A stretch of 64,000 nucleotides of DNA from an uncultured Chloroflexia bacterium (GTDB taxonomy: Bacteria; Chloroflexota; UBA6077; JACCZL01): positions 64,001-128,000 of the forward strand of contig CAVXYC010000030.1 of NCBI GenBank assembly GCA_963765765.1, written 5' to 3'. A program made the translations under genes and the position numbers. Under the pieces are notes generated by a model. That model had not been told where the DNA came from. It did no database searches and was given only the letters and a program-made list of their open reading frames with translations. Numbering within the stretch: position 1 is the first letter of the stretch; each line of letters opens with the position of its first letter. Positions 11,592 through 21,967 of the stretch are shown piece by piece.

Positions 11592-12083
11592 ATGCAAGTT
11601 CCTAAGCCCACTCGCTATGGTGAAAAGTTCTACCGTTCACGATGGAACAACCTCGCCCTGATCCTGGCGGTTGGCGCCGCCATGTTGACGTACGCGTTCC
11701 TGACCTGGCCTATCGCGGTGCCACAGGGCCATGGTGATCTTGGCCCCGTCTGGGGGGTGCTTGCCTTCATTGCCGCGGCGACATACCTGTTCGCGGCGTG
11801 GAAAGCCGATACGAATTGGCGACTCTCACGGATGATCCTTCTGATCGCTGGTGGCATCCACGTAGCCTTCGGAATCTTAATGAGCCTGCTCATCGGCCCG
11901 GCGGGCGAAGGTCTATCCTGGCTCAGTGGCTTGTATGACATTATCCCGGGCGTTATCGCTATCGTGGCTGGAGTGTTGACCCACGCTCCGAGCGGGGAAC
12001 GACCAACCCCGGAGCATGTCTGGCAGCAGTTAGAAGAGCGTAAGGAAGCGGAAGAGCACCGCCAGCGAACTGAGGGTGCATAA
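11592..12083 (+). CDS. Hypothetical 4-TM membrane protein
   Basis: AGGAG RBS; four hydrophobic segments; charged C-terminus. Confidence 0.7.
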   Translation: MQVPKPTRYGEKFYRSRWNNLALILAVGAAMLTYAFLTWPIAVPQGHGDLGPVWGVLAFIAAATYLFAAWKADTNWRLSRMILLIAGGIHVAFGILMSLLIGPAGEGLSWLSGLYDIIPGVIAIVAGVLTHAPSGERPTPEHVWQQLEERKEAEEHRQRTEGA

Positions 12084-12284
12084 AAGGTACTCCGGGGAGT
12101 GTCTGGTGGGGGCACTCCAGAGGGCATGCAGAGGAATCGTGGGCGGTTACGACGGCATCTGGACTGACCCGGCGCCGCGAAGGCACCTGTCACTCTGGGC
12201 TTCTTGCCGCCGAGCACGGAAGCGCTTAAGCTGGCAAACGCCTGCTTCCCCGAGTAAAGAGAGTCGCTAGGTCCAGGAGTCGTC

Positions 12285-12398
12285 ATGCCCGAACGTCCCA
12301 GGTTCTACCTGCCTGATCCCGTCTTCAATGCCACTCCGTACCCGTTGCATACGCGGCTCAAACTCAAAGCCGTACCCGGCTTCCGGAATTGGGCTTGA
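12285..12398 (+). CDS. Possible 37-aa peptide coupled to downstream hydrolase
   Basis: AGGAG RBS, ATG at 12285, stop TGA overlaps the TTG at 12395 (TTGA). Confidence 0.35.
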   Translation: MPERPRFYLPDPVFNATPYPLHTRLKLKAVPGFRNWA

Positions 12399-13562
12399 GC
12401 AGTCTTCCGCCTCCTACCGGCTAGTATCGCGTTGGGCGACGCAGCTTTCATTGGGTTGATGCTCAACGGCACGAGCCCAACGGTGACCCGCGCGAGCTGA
12501 TCGTCTGGCTCTGGTACCCGGCGAATCCAGATGCGGCGGCAGCCGTGGCGGAGTATCTCCCTCCCGGGTGGGACACCGCTGCGCAGTTCTGGGGTTTTCG
12601 AACGGAGGGCGTCTCGAGTCACGCGTACGCTGAGGCGCCGGTCGCATCCGAGCGTGCGCGTTTTCCGGTCCTTCTCTTTTCGCCGTCAGGCTTTCCGCCG
12701 CTGCTTCTCTCGGCATTGCTCGAAGAGGTGGCGAGTCATGGATATATCGTCGCCGGCATCAATCACACCTATGAGTCAGCGGTCAGCGTATTTCCTGATG
12801 GACGGGTGGTGCCGATGGACTCCGTACGCATGCAGCCGGTGCTCGGTCCCTTCGATGGAATTCCAGAGCAGACACACCAGAAACGGGCGCAGGTTGCGGA
12901 ACGTCAAGCGGCCGACATCCAGTTTGTAGCCGCGCAGCTCGAAACGCTCAATCGCAGCGCCGATCCGCTGGCAGGCCGCATGGACCTTGATCGTCTGGCC
13001 GCGTTTGGCCACTCTCTGGGAGGGAACGCGGCGTTGGAGTTCGCTCAGGGAAACGAGCGCTGCCCGGGCAGTGGCAAATCTCGATGGAGGCATCTGGAGC
13101 GCCATAGGTCAAACGGGCCTAGAGCGACCGACGATGCAGATACTGGCGGACCACGCGGAGATGGCCATGCCCTGCCCGGACATCGTCAAGATGGGCGCCT
13201 ATCCGTCTGTGGAATGGTGCGAGGCGGAGCGGGCGCTCACCATCGGCGGGTGGCAGACCGTCTTCGAGCTTGGCGCGCCGGGGTATGGATTATTGGTACG
13301 AGGCAGCGGGCATATTAGCTTCATGGATCTTCCATTCCTACCAGCGGTGCCTGGATCTATGATCGAGGCCGGCCTGGCTCTCGTACGCATCGATGCAGCG
13401 CGCGCCTGGCGCGTGATTTGTGATTCGCTACTGGCGTTCTTCGACCGGCACGTTCGCGATGCAGATGCGCCATTGCTCCACGGGCCTTCTGCCGAGATGC
13501 CCGAGCTTCTGTTTGGACCGCCACGCGACCTCATCGCCGCGCTCGGACCGAGAGCAACCTAG
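12395..13562 (+). CDS. Alpha/beta hydrolase (PAF-acetylhydrolase/dienelactone hydrolase-like), with in-frame TAG at 12422 and frameshift near 13065
   Basis: LPPPTG*YRVG, RELIVWLWYPA, FPVLLFSP, ASHGYIVAGINH, GHSLGG nucleophile, NLDG, GHISFMD. Confidence 0.8.
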
Positions 13563-13723
13563 ACCCACTTTGGACTGCGGCGGTCTTTGCCGCTTTCCAA
13601 TAGGTTCTCACCGGCCGTTGACACCTCCTCAGGGTCGGCGCATAGTAGCGAGCAGGATGGGCGCAGAGAGAAGCGCCGTGGAGCATCAGCTACAGCCGAC
13701 CACGCTTGATACGCGACAGGAGG

Positions 13724-15028
13724 ATGCCCGTGAAAGCACCCAGTTTCGTCGGAGTCATGTTGGTTTCTGTGTTGATTGGCGGTGCGTGCAGCGCACCATC
13801 GGCGCCCGCGCCAGCCGCCGCGCCGGCCCAGAAGGCGCCAGCGACCGAAAAAGCCGCTGCCCCGGCCGCTGAAAAGGCATCAGCGGCCGCTCCCGCCACT
13901 GATGCCGAATGGGACCGCGTCGTGGAGGCCGGCAAGAAAGAAGGCCGCGTCACGATTTACGGCCGGCTCCTGTCCGGGCCTGAGGGCACGGTCCTGGCCG
14001 ATGCTTTCAAGCAGAAAACTGGCATAACGGTCGAGTTCATTGCCGGCGCAGGTAGCCCGATGTACTCGCGAATCAAAGAAGAGCTGAAAGCCGGGCGCCC
14101 GACCGCTGACCTGTATGAAGGTTCTCAGCCTTGGCCTGGCAACATCGAGCGTGAAGGGTACTTCGTCAATCTCAAAGATAAACCGATTCCGTCACTGAAG
14201 GATCCGGACAACGTCTGGCTTGTCGATCCATGGTTCATGAGCCCGGAGAAGAACTATCTGGGCACGCGCTTCGGCGACTACCTCGCCCACATCGCGGTGA
14301 ACACCGGCGTGATACCTGAAGCCGAGCTACCGAAAAGCTGGAGCGACTACGCAACGGACCCGCGCTTCAAGGGCAAGATCGGATGGGTAGATCCGAAGAC
14401 CACGCAGGATATCGGTACCGTCTGGGCACGCCACGGCTACACGGGTAAGGGCCTGACCATCGAGCATCTCTGGAGCATTTACAACGTTCAAAGTCCACAG
14501 CTCTTCGCCAATCCTGTGGAAGCCACCACGGCTATCGGTCGCGGCGAGGTGGGTCTCGGTACTGGCGCCACCTCATCGCTGTCACCGGCGGTGAAGGCCA
14601 GCGCACCGGTGAAGCTGGTGCTGTTCCCAGACACGCCGATCGTCTCACAGGCCAGCGGGATCGGCATCATCAAAGACACGCCCAATATGAACGCCGCGCT
14701 CGTCTTTATGAACTGGGTCATGAGTAAGGAGGGCATGGACCTGATCGCGCGGACCAACCAGGCGCGCACAGTCCGAACCGATGTCCACCCGGGCATCCCC
14801 GACGAGATGAAATCCGAAGTAGTAGGCGGCGGCAAACGCGGCCCGGAATATCTCCTGTCTGCGGCGCAGTCAGAGCTGGCGGGCGAGGTGGAAAACGCCG
14901 GCGTGATGCGCATGCTCACCGATGGCGCCTCGCTAGCCGACTTCAAGGCAGCCTACGACAAGTTCCTCATGGAGTGGGAGGCGAAGAAGGGCGGCCCGCA
15001 AGACACTCCGCTGAAGGCGCGTCAATAG
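13724..15028 (+). CDS. ABC transporter substrate-binding lipoprotein (Fe3+/thiamine-type, AfuA-like)
   Basis: GGAC lipobox, Ala/Pro linker, EWDRVVEAGKKEGRVTIY, PKSWSD..DPRFKGKI, PNMNAALVFMNWVMSKEG. Confidence 0.85.
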   Translation: MPVKAPSFVGVMLVSVLIGGACSAPSAPAPAAAPAQKAPATEKAAAPAAEKASAAAPATDAEWDRVVEAGKKEGRVTIYGRLLSGPEGTVLADAFKQKTGITVEFIAGAGSPMYSRIKEELKAGRPTADLYEGSQPWPGNIEREGYFVNLKDKPIPSLKDPDNVWLVDPWFMSPEKNYLGTRFGDYLAHIAVNTGVIPEAELPKSWSDYATDPRFKGKIGWVDPKTTQDIGTVWARHGYTGKGLTIEHLWSIYNVQSPQLFANPVEATTAIGRGEVGLGTGATSSLSPAVKASAPVKLVLFPDTPIVSQASGIGIIKDTPNMNAALVFMNWVMSKEGMDLIARTNQARTVRTDVHPGIPDEMKSEVVGGGKRGPEYLLSAAQSELAGEVENAGVMRMLTDGASLADFKAAYDKFLMEWEAKKGGPQDTPLKARQ

Positions 15029-15053
15029 AGCGGTAGATAACCCGGACCAGCAA

Positions 15054-15140
15054 AGCCGCATGCCGTGAGGGTGCGGTTCCCCTCGCGATATCTATGAATG
15101 AGGTGTTCGCGAAGGAGCCGCGCCCTCACGGCATGCGGCT
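15054..15140. repeat. REP-like long inverted repeat, family A copy 1
   Basis: AGCCGCATGCCGTGAGGGTGCGGTTCC ... GGAGCCGCGCCCTCACGGCATGCGGCT; similar to 17348..17438. Confidence 0.7.
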
Positions 15141-15144
15141 CTGC

Positions 15145-16383
15145 TCAGGAGGTCGCCGCCACCTCAAGCATGGCTTCCTGGATCGTGACTCGTCCGCTCT
15201 TGGGAAACGGCCTCGGCATCGGCTGGGCGATACCGTTGCAGTCAATTGTCCTGCAGACCAACCTGTATGTCCCGGGTTCCACCGCGGGTATCGCGGCTTG
15301 CCAGTGCACCACCGTGTAGCGCATCGGCCACTGAGTAGATGCTCCGGACGCGGGGTCGAAAAGAAGCGGCACGCCGGGCAGCCTGCCATCCGGCAGCATC
15401 GTTCCCCACTTCTCCGGCGGCGGAAGGATCTGGGCGTCCTGCCAGTTGGCGTTGCTAAATGTCGGATCATCCTCAGGAAGCGGGTCAGATTCGGGTTGGA
15501 GCGCGTACTGCACACGCGAGAGGCCGGACACGCCCACCTGGGCAACTCCTGAGATGCGGATCGGCTCGTTAGCTCGCGCCGTCGTGGGAATCTGAGCGAA
15601 GCGAGCGAATGTCTTCATCGCGCTGTCGATGTCGTTGTTCCCATCCTCATAGGTGTCGTTTGCCGCGTAGTGGTTGGTGAGCACCACTCGCTGAAGCCAC
15701 TTGACCGATTTGAATCCGTACGTTTCGGGTACCACCATGCGTACTGGCCCGCCGCGTTGGCCGGTGAGAAATTCGCCGTTGAGCTTGTAGCAAACAATGA
15801 CTGGCAGCTCGCCGGGCGGCTCCTCCAGCACCCGGCCGATCGGCAATGAGCTGCGGAACATCTGAGTCGGATCATCGTTGTGGTAGCCGTAATAGAAGAC
15901 TCGCCGCACATTGACGACCGGCCGAGTCATCCACACCAGCACTCGGAGTGGAACACCCTCCCATAGACCCATTCCCAGCGGCTCACCGATGTTGTTGCAC
16001 GAGAGTCCTTTCAAGAACTGCACTCCGTGCACCTGGCCGAGCTTCACGAGCGTCTCGAAGTCAATCGTCGAGCCAGACTCCCTGGAGAGCGGTTGCTCGA
16101 GCTTCGTATTGCTCTCGGGATCGGCAACGATCTCGAGCTGCCAGGTATCCCGTTCTAGCCCAAGCTCCAGGCGTCGACCCAACGGTAGGGTATAGGGCAA
16201 CGGGTTGCCCCGCTCTACGACACCGAAACGCTCTTGGGGCGTGAGGTAGCCGTGCTCAGCAATCGGATCTGGCTGTGAAGAATTCGGCTTGATTCGACCA
16301 TTGGGGTGTGTGCCAGTAAACACCGGGCGATCGCTCGATGGCTGCTTGTCCGCCGCCACGATACCTCCACAGCGATGACTCAT
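15145..16383 (-). CDS. Molybdopterin-dependent oxidoreductase (sulfite oxidase family)
   Basis: Mo-ligand Cys in LSCNNIG, GLWEGVPL, YKLNGEFL..RGGPVRMVVPETYGFKSVKWL. Confidence 0.85.
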   Translation of the reverse strand: MSHRCGGIVAADKQPSSDRPVFTGTHPNGRIKPNSSQPDPIAEHGYLTPQERFGVVERGNPLPYTLPLGRRLELGLERDTWQLEIVADPESNTKLEQPLSRESGSTIDFETLVKLGQVHGVQFLKGLSCNNIGEPLGMGLWEGVPLRVLVWMTRPVVNVRRVFYYGYHNDDPTQMFRSSLPIGRVLEEPPGELPVIVCYKLNGEFLTGQRGGPVRMVVPETYGFKSVKWLQRVVLTNHYAANDTYEDGNNDIDSAMKTFARFAQIPTTARANEPIRISGVAQVGVSGLSRVQYALQPESDPLPEDDPTFSNANWQDAQILPPPEKWGTMLPDGRLPGVPLLFDPASGASTQWPMRYTVVHWQAAIPAVEPGTYRLVCRTIDCNGIAQPMPRPFPKSGRVTIQEAMLEVAATS

Positions 16384-16464
16384 TGCTCGATTGGGACAAG
16401 CTTACCGGCTTACTAATCAACGGACAATGGGAACAGGGATGGCCGTCAGCAAGTCAGCACGAAA

Positions 16465-17283
16465 TCAAGCGTTCACTCGGTGCACGTCCCACTGAACCTC
16501 AGCGCAGAACTCCAGGATCGCATCACGAGCAGGCGGCCAATACTCCGAGACTGGATCCCGAATACCGAGGTGGTCTGCATTGTCGATTGTTATCAGGCGG
16601 ACAGGGTCACCGGAGGCCGATGCGATTTTGAAGTACGACGTACTCCAACTGATGTGCACGACCTGATCGGCGGTGCCGTGGATCAAGAGTTGGGGAATGC
16701 CAAGGGGAAGGAGATCCCTGGGAGATGTCGACCCGTAGCGCTCCGGGAACTCGTCGGGGCTCCCACCGAAGAGCTCCTTCCAGACGCCGCCGCCAGGGCT
16801 ATAAGCGAACGCGGCGCGCTGATCCAGTCCTCCCGCGCACGCGATGGCACCGACAATCGGCAGCGGGTCGTGGCGGTAGAGCGGGCTCGTGGGTGGCAGG
16901 CGGCGTCGGGCGGCAAGCCAGAAGGCGAGCGAAGTCCCCGCCGAATGCCCCAGAGCAACGACCCGATTCAAATCAAGGTCATGCTCCGCCTCGAGCTCAC
17001 GAAGCAGATCGGCAGCGGACGCGAGATCCTCCCAGGTACCGGGCCAACCTCCGCCCGAGTTCCCGACCCGGCGATACTCCACATTCCACACGGCCAGGCC
17101 GTGTTCCGCGAGCGCCGCGCACGCCGGCGCAATCCCCGCGAGCGTACGGTTCGCCAGGAATCCACCCCCGTGGATGACAATGAGCACGGCATGCGGCCCT
17201 TTTCCGTCAGGGAGGTACAGGTCTGCGAACTGCTCCGATTCCTGTCCGTACGCGTAGCGAACCGGTGACTTAACAAGCTCCAT
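16465..17283 (-). CDS. Alpha/beta hydrolase (esterase/lipase)
   Basis: IHGGGF, VWNVEYRR, GHSAG, IHGTAD, ADH catalytic triad motifs. Confidence 0.9.
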   Translation of the reverse strand: MELVKSPVRYAYGQESEQFADLYLPDGKGPHAVLIVIHGGGFLANRTLAGIAPACAALAEHGLAVWNVEYRRVGNSGGGWPGTWEDLASAADLLRELEAEHDLDLNRVVALGHSAGTSLAFWLAARRRLPPTSPLYRHDPLPIVGAIACAGGLDQRAAFAYSPGGGVWKELFGGSPDEFPERYGSTSPRDLLPLGIPQLLIHGTADQVVHISWSTSYFKIASASGDPVRLITIDNADHLGIRDPVSEYWPPARDAILEFCAEVQWDVHRVNA

Positions 17284-17347
17284 GCGATTTCTCCACGGAT
17301 GTCGAGGCGGCGTTACCGCGCGAGACAACGGGAATCATTGGGGACAA

Positions 17348-17438
17348 AGCTGCAACCGTGAGGTGCGGTTCCTGCTGACTCTCCCCGGATGAGGCGGGCG
17401 GTGTACGCGGGAACCGCCCGCCCTCACGGGTTGCGGCT
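17348..17438. repeat. REP-like long inverted repeat, family A copy 2
   Basis: AGCTGCAACCGTGAGGTGCGGTTCC ... GGAACCGCCCGCCCTCACGGGTTGCGGCT. Confidence 0.65.
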
Positions 17439-17448
17439 CTGTCGTTGA

Positions 17449-18303
17449 TTAGGAGATCCCCTCCCAGTATCGTCGGCCCTCAAGCCGAATCACGCGTCCA
17501 AAGCCGCTGCCCGGAAAATGGCAGACCACACCGATCATCCCGGACTCTTCCAGTCGATCGAGCATCTGCTTGCGGGTAGACACGGCCGTGGGAAGGTCGC
17601 CGTCGAAACCAAATGGCACGTCCGGCTCAGTCACCTGAAGTGGGTGACCCATGGTGTCACCCAGAATGATGGCGCGCTCGCTCCCGGAGGTGATCAGCAG
17701 CGCCATGTGTCCCGGGGTGTGGCCCGGCGCCGGGATCGCCGTGATCTCGGCCGTAAGTGCGCGTTCGCCGTTGAGCAGCTCCAGCGCTCCTAAGTCCTTC
17801 AGCGGGGTGATGGTCTGGTCCACGTACGGCATATGGAAGGCCGACTGGACCTCTGACGTATGGAACGCATCCCAGTCCGCCTGGTGCATGAAATACCGTG
17901 CGCGCGGAAACGTGGGCTTCCCATCCGAGGTCATGTTCCAACCGACATGGTCGGGGTGAGCGTGTGTGGTGAAGACCACGTCGATGTCCTCCGGACTCAC
18001 ACCCTGCGCGCGGAGATCATCGAGCAGCCCACCCGGTTGATTGTCGAAGAGGTCACGCGGAGTCGGCCCAAAGCCAGTATCCACGAGAATAGTCTGGCCG
18101 CTGGAGCGGACAAGCTGTCCGCCAAAGTGCCCGTGCCACGTATCAGGTCCATAGAACGCGTCCGGGTAACGTTCTTGATAGGTCGCCCAGCTCTCCTCGC
18201 TCACCCCGGGGAAGAGCTGTCGCAGCGGCATCGGAAAGCGAACATGGGCGTCCGTCAGCTCGATGATCTCGACGTTGCCAACGCGTAGCGTGCCCTCGGC
18301 CAT
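17449..18303 (-). CDS. MBL-fold metallo-hydrolase
   Basis: LVDTG, THAHPDHVGWN, PGHTPGH, GD, CHFP. Confidence 0.9.
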   Translation of the reverse strand: MAEGTLRVGNVEIIELTDAHVRFPMPLRQLFPGVSEESWATYQERYPDAFYGPDTWHGHFGGQLVRSSGQTILVDTGFGPTPRDLFDNQPGGLLDDLRAQGVSPEDIDVVFTTHAHPDHVGWNMTSDGKPTFPRARYFMHQADWDAFHTSEVQSAFHMPYVDQTITPLKDLGALELLNGERALTAEITAIPAPGHTPGHMALLITSGSERAIILGDTMGHPLQVTEPDVPFGFDGDLPTAVSTRKQMLDRLEESGMIGVVCHFPGSGFGRVIRLEGRRYWEGIS

Positions 18304-18408
18304 GACTCCCTCCTTCGTGTTCGTGGTTGGGGCTTTAGCCTTTTTCGGCGGTCGACTTACCTACCGAAAGCGGCAGAACAGTGCTAAAGCCCTCACTACA
18401 CGCGTCGC

Positions 18409-19806
18409 TTACTTAGGGTTGATGTTGGGATTCAGACGGAACAGGTTGTCAGGATCATACTTCCGCTTTACCGACACCAGTCGATCGTAATTGGAGCCGT
18501 ATGAGGCGCGAATGCGAAGCTGCCAGTCATCACCGCCCATATGGTTGGTATATGCGGTTCCGGTGGTGAGCGGCTCGACCTTCTCCCAGATGTCTCGCGT
18601 CCACTTCGCGTGCGCGTCCGAACCCCCTTCAACCCACTGTGAGATGACGTTTACGTCCCAGAGCTTCTCGCGAAGCGCATAGGCGGTGGCATCGGGGGCC
18701 ACTCGCGTGATCGCGCCGTGGAGCGGATACGCGATGATCGCGGACATAGGGGATGACATGTTGTTGGCGCCCTCGATCAGGAGATCGATGATGTCATCCG
18801 TGACCTCGCGTGCGAAGCCGGATTTCCAGTAGCGCTGGAGTCCATGGATAGCCATGGGATCATCCAAGATCTTCTGACGCGCGGTGTAGGGCATCGGCTG
18901 CACAAGATCCGCGATAGGGGTGCCGAACTTGCGGATTGGCTCCAGAATGCGCTCGCCTTCGTCCAAAGAGCCGCTGTGGGACAGAACAATCGCTGACAGA
19001 GGATCGCCATCTGGTGAATTGAGCAACCCTGCCAGCACGTACGTGCTGTCCGGCAGATCACGGCCGAAATCGGCCACTGCTTTCCACACGTCCTTCGCGG
19101 CGGCTCGCGGATGAAGCACGAGACCGCCCCACACGGTCGGACCTACCTCATGGAGCTGATAGTGGAATGATGTCGCTACGCCGAAGTTTCCGCCGCCTCC
19201 TCGCAGCGCCCAGAAGAGATCGGTGTTTTCCTCCGCACTGGCAGTGCGCGCCTCGCCGTCCGCGGTGACAACGTCTACGGAGATCAGGTTGTCGCAGCTT
19301 AGTCCGTGGAGACCGGAAAGGAATCCAGCGCCACCCCCTAGAGTGAGACCCGCGATGCCTGTGTTGGAGACGGTGCCACCAGGCGTAGCGAGGCCAAAAG
19401 CCTGCGTCTCGCGATCGAATCCCGACCACAGTACGCCGCCCTGCGCGCGTGCCGTGCGAGCACTCGGGTCCACATGAACGCCCTTCATTCCCGAAAGGTC
19501 GATCACTAATCCGCCGTCGCAGGTCGCGTGGCCCGCGGCGTTATGACCACCGCCCCGCACGGCCAGTCGAAGGTTCTGCTCAACGGCGAACCGCACCGCG
19601 GCCTGCACATCCGGCGTACCCGTGCAGCGAGCGATCAACGCCGGCCGCCGGTCGATATTACCGTTCCAGACTCGGCGAGCATCGTCGTACGCATCGTCCG
19701 AGTCGCTCAAAAGCACCCCGGCTAGCTGTTCCCGTAGTCGCTCCACGGCAGTCTCGTTGATCTCGGTGGCTTCTCCAACGAGGGTCCTGGCATTGATGGC
19801 GGCCAT
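18409..19806 (-). CDS. FAD-binding oxidoreductase (BBE/VAO family)
   Basis: RGGGHN, GLTLGGG, DLFWALRGGGGNFG, KRKYDPDNLFRLN. Confidence 0.92.
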   Translation of the reverse strand: MAAINARTLVGEATEINETAVERLREQLAGVLLSDSDDAYDDARRVWNGNIDRRPALIARCTGTPDVQAAVRFAVEQNLRLAVRGGGHNAAGHATCDGGLVIDLSGMKGVHVDPSARTARAQGGVLWSGFDRETQAFGLATPGGTVSNTGIAGLTLGGGAGFLSGLHGLSCDNLISVDVVTADGEARTASAEENTDLFWALRGGGGNFGVATSFHYQLHEVGPTVWGGLVLHPRAAAKDVWKAVADFGRDLPDSTYVLAGLLNSPDGDPLSAIVLSHSGSLDEGERILEPIRKFGTPIADLVQPMPYTARQKILDDPMAIHGLQRYWKSGFAREVTDDIIDLLIEGANNMSSPMSAIIAYPLHGAITRVAPDATAYALREKLWDVNVISQWVEGGSDAHAKWTRDIWEKVEPLTTGTAYTNHMGGDDWQLRIRASYGSNYDRLVSVKRKYDPDNLFRLNPNINPK

Positions 19807-19977
19807 TGCTTGCTCCTTCGATCCAATCGTCGCGAAATCCTACGATGCGTCATCGCGCCGATGATAGTCTCTGCCAGCTTGTGATGGATTGCGATGCTTA
19901 TTGTCATCACAGAGGTAGGCATTGCTTCGACATCCTGTTGCCTGCCTCATTTCCAACGAATCAGATTCGACACAGAC

Positions 19978-20769
19978 CTAAGCGGCTTGTCCGCGCACTG
20001 CCCAGGCCCTAGCGATGAGACTGATGGACCCGTCCGCTGCGACGGGAACGCTGGACTGAAGCCGCTGGCGCAGGGCTGCCTGAGCGGCAGGACTGAGCGA
20101 AGCCGTGTACGATCCGGCTGGGCCGGCGCCGCCAAGAAACGGCTGCCACAGATCATCGAGATCGCGAAACTTCGTCGGTACGTCGATTGCGCGAACTTTG
20201 ACGGAGGCGAGGCCGGCGTCGCGAAACCGCGACTCTAGAGCCTCTGGCTGACACAGGGGAAAGCGCCTGCCCTCATCAAGCTCGGCCGCGCCCGAGGCCA
20301 CGGCGGCGGCCGCGTCCCAGAAGAACCGCAGAAGCTGCATCCCGTCGGCGTAGTCCCAGACGTACGCGGCAATCACGCCTCCCGGCTTGACCACTCTGGC
20401 CATCTCGACAAGTCCCTGCGAGACGTCCGGAATGAAATTCAGCACCAGACCGCTGACGATCACGTCAAATCGTCCGCTGTCATAAGGAAGCCGCCCAGCG
20501 TCACCCACCCGGAAATTTGCGCGCGGATCGACAGCGTGCGCTCGTGCGAATGGAAGCATCGCTTCAGATGGATCGCAGCCATCGACCGTCAACGGATCGG
20601 ACCGCTCCAGAATCGCTGAGCTCAATGCACCAGTGCCGCAACCGACGTCCAGCCATCGCAGTCTCGTCGGCATGTCGAGCCAATCGAGGAGCTCGGGTGC
20701 CACCAGGCGACTCCATCGTCCGATGAACGCTTCGTATGGATCGTCTGTCCATTCGTGCATCGCGCTCAT
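19978..20769 (-). CDS. Class I SAM-dependent methyltransferase
   Basis: WLDVGCGTG, RVVKPGG, AYVWDY. Confidence 0.9.
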   Translation of the reverse strand: MSAMHEWTDDPYEAFIGRWSRLVAPELLDWLDMPTRLRWLDVGCGTGALSSAILERSDPLTVDGCDPSEAMLPFARAHAVDPRANFRVGDAGRLPYDSGRFDVIVSGLVLNFIPDVSQGLVEMARVVKPGGVIAAYVWDYADGMQLLRFFWDAAAAVASGAAELDEGRRFPLCQPEALESRFRDAGLASVKVRAIDVPTKFRDLDDLWQPFLGGAGPAGSYTASLSPAAQAALRQRLQSSVPVAADGSISLIARAWAVRGQAA

Positions 20770-20776
20770 GAATACT

Positions 20777-21922
20777 CTATGCGCCTTTCGTGATGGCGGG
20801 CATCACATCGCGGGCAAACCAGCGGAGCTGTTCTTTGAACTCTTCGGGCGGCATGCCCTCGGCCCAATGGATCATGAGCTGATCCAGACCGGGATACTTC
20901 TCCTGGTACTCGCGAATCTGATCGATCACCAGTGATGGGGGACCGCACAGCCAGGCCTTCTGCCTGACGCCGTCATGAATACTTGGCGTGCGGGCTGGAG
21001 CGCCCGGCGTGCCCCAGGTACGACCGTTTTCGTCTGCGTAACGGACGAAACCAAACGGTCCAAACCACTTGTATCGCTCGTCGTGATACGGCTCTACGCG
21101 ACGCACCGCCTCCTCCTGCGAATCGGCCAGGTAGAGACCAACGCCGAGACACAGGTCCTCTCCAAGCTGAAGCTGTCGGCCGGCCTTTGCCGCCTCTTCC
21201 TGGTAGGCGCGGAACACCTGGTCTGTGATCAGCTCACCGTTGAGGGTCACCATTCCCTTGATGCCATTCTGAGCCATGAACGGAATGGACTTGCCGCTGG
21301 CGATTGGCTGCCAGATCTCGACCGGTTGATGGATCGGCCGCGGGACGAGCGTGATGTCTTCTGGGACGTAGCCGCGAAAGGGAAGCTGCGCGGGGATCTG
21401 GTAGTGCTTGCCGTGATGCGAGAACGATTCCTGGTGGAAGGCTTTAAAGAGCACTTCCATCTGCTCTTCGAACAGCTCCATATTCGCCTGGCCGTCGAGC
21501 AGAGGCGCGCCGAGCGTTTCCACCTCGCGCGTCTGATAGCCACGCCCTACGCCGAAGACAATACGTCCGTCCGTCAGGATGTCGGCCAGGGCGTAGTCCT
21601 CAGCGATCCGAAGCGGGTGCCAGATGGGCAGCACATTGAACGCACATCCGAACTTGAGCTTGCGCGTCTGGGAGGCCAGCCAGGTTCCAAAGAGGATCAG
21701 GTTGGGGATGACTTCATAGGCTTCACGCTGAAAGTGATGCTCAGCCATCCACAAGCAGTAGTAGTCAAGCTCATCCATGAGCTGGGACAGTTCGGTGGCG
21801 GTGCGATAGGCCTGAACAATCTGGTCGTTCGAGTAGCGACGGTCGTCAGCCGGCGTGCCCTGCAGCCCGACGTTCTCGAGCTCGATCTGACCCACGTATA
21901 ACACCGAGACCTTGGTGATCAT
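20777..21922 (-). CDS. LLM-class flavin-dependent oxidoreductase
   Basis: WMAEHHF, WHPLRIAEDYA, GRIVFGVGRGY. Confidence 0.9.
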   Translation of the reverse strand: MITKVSVLYVGQIELENVGLQGTPADDRRYSNDQIVQAYRTATELSQLMDELDYYCLWMAEHHFQREAYEVIPNLILFGTWLASQTRKLKFGCAFNVLPIWHPLRIAEDYALADILTDGRIVFGVGRGYQTREVETLGAPLLDGQANMELFEEQMEVLFKAFHQESFSHHGKHYQIPAQLPFRGYVPEDITLVPRPIHQPVEIWQPIASGKSIPFMAQNGIKGMVTLNGELITDQVFRAYQEEAAKAGRQLQLGEDLCLGVGLYLADSQEEAVRRVEPYHDERYKWFGPFGFVRYADENGRTWGTPGAPARTPSIHDGVRQKAWLCGPPSLVIDQIREYQEKYPGLDQLMIHWAEGMPPEEFKEQLRWFARDVMPAITKGA

Positions 21923-21967
21923 GCCGACCTCCACTGTGACGCAGGATATCGGGTCATGGTGATCACC

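Noticed and set aside
16480-21901. Long antisense ORFs (16480..17268, 20975..21901; also 10695..11363, 26741..27380, 33629..34336)
   Set aside because: They overlap well-supported genes on the opposite strand, have no motifs, and are expected in high-GC DNA.
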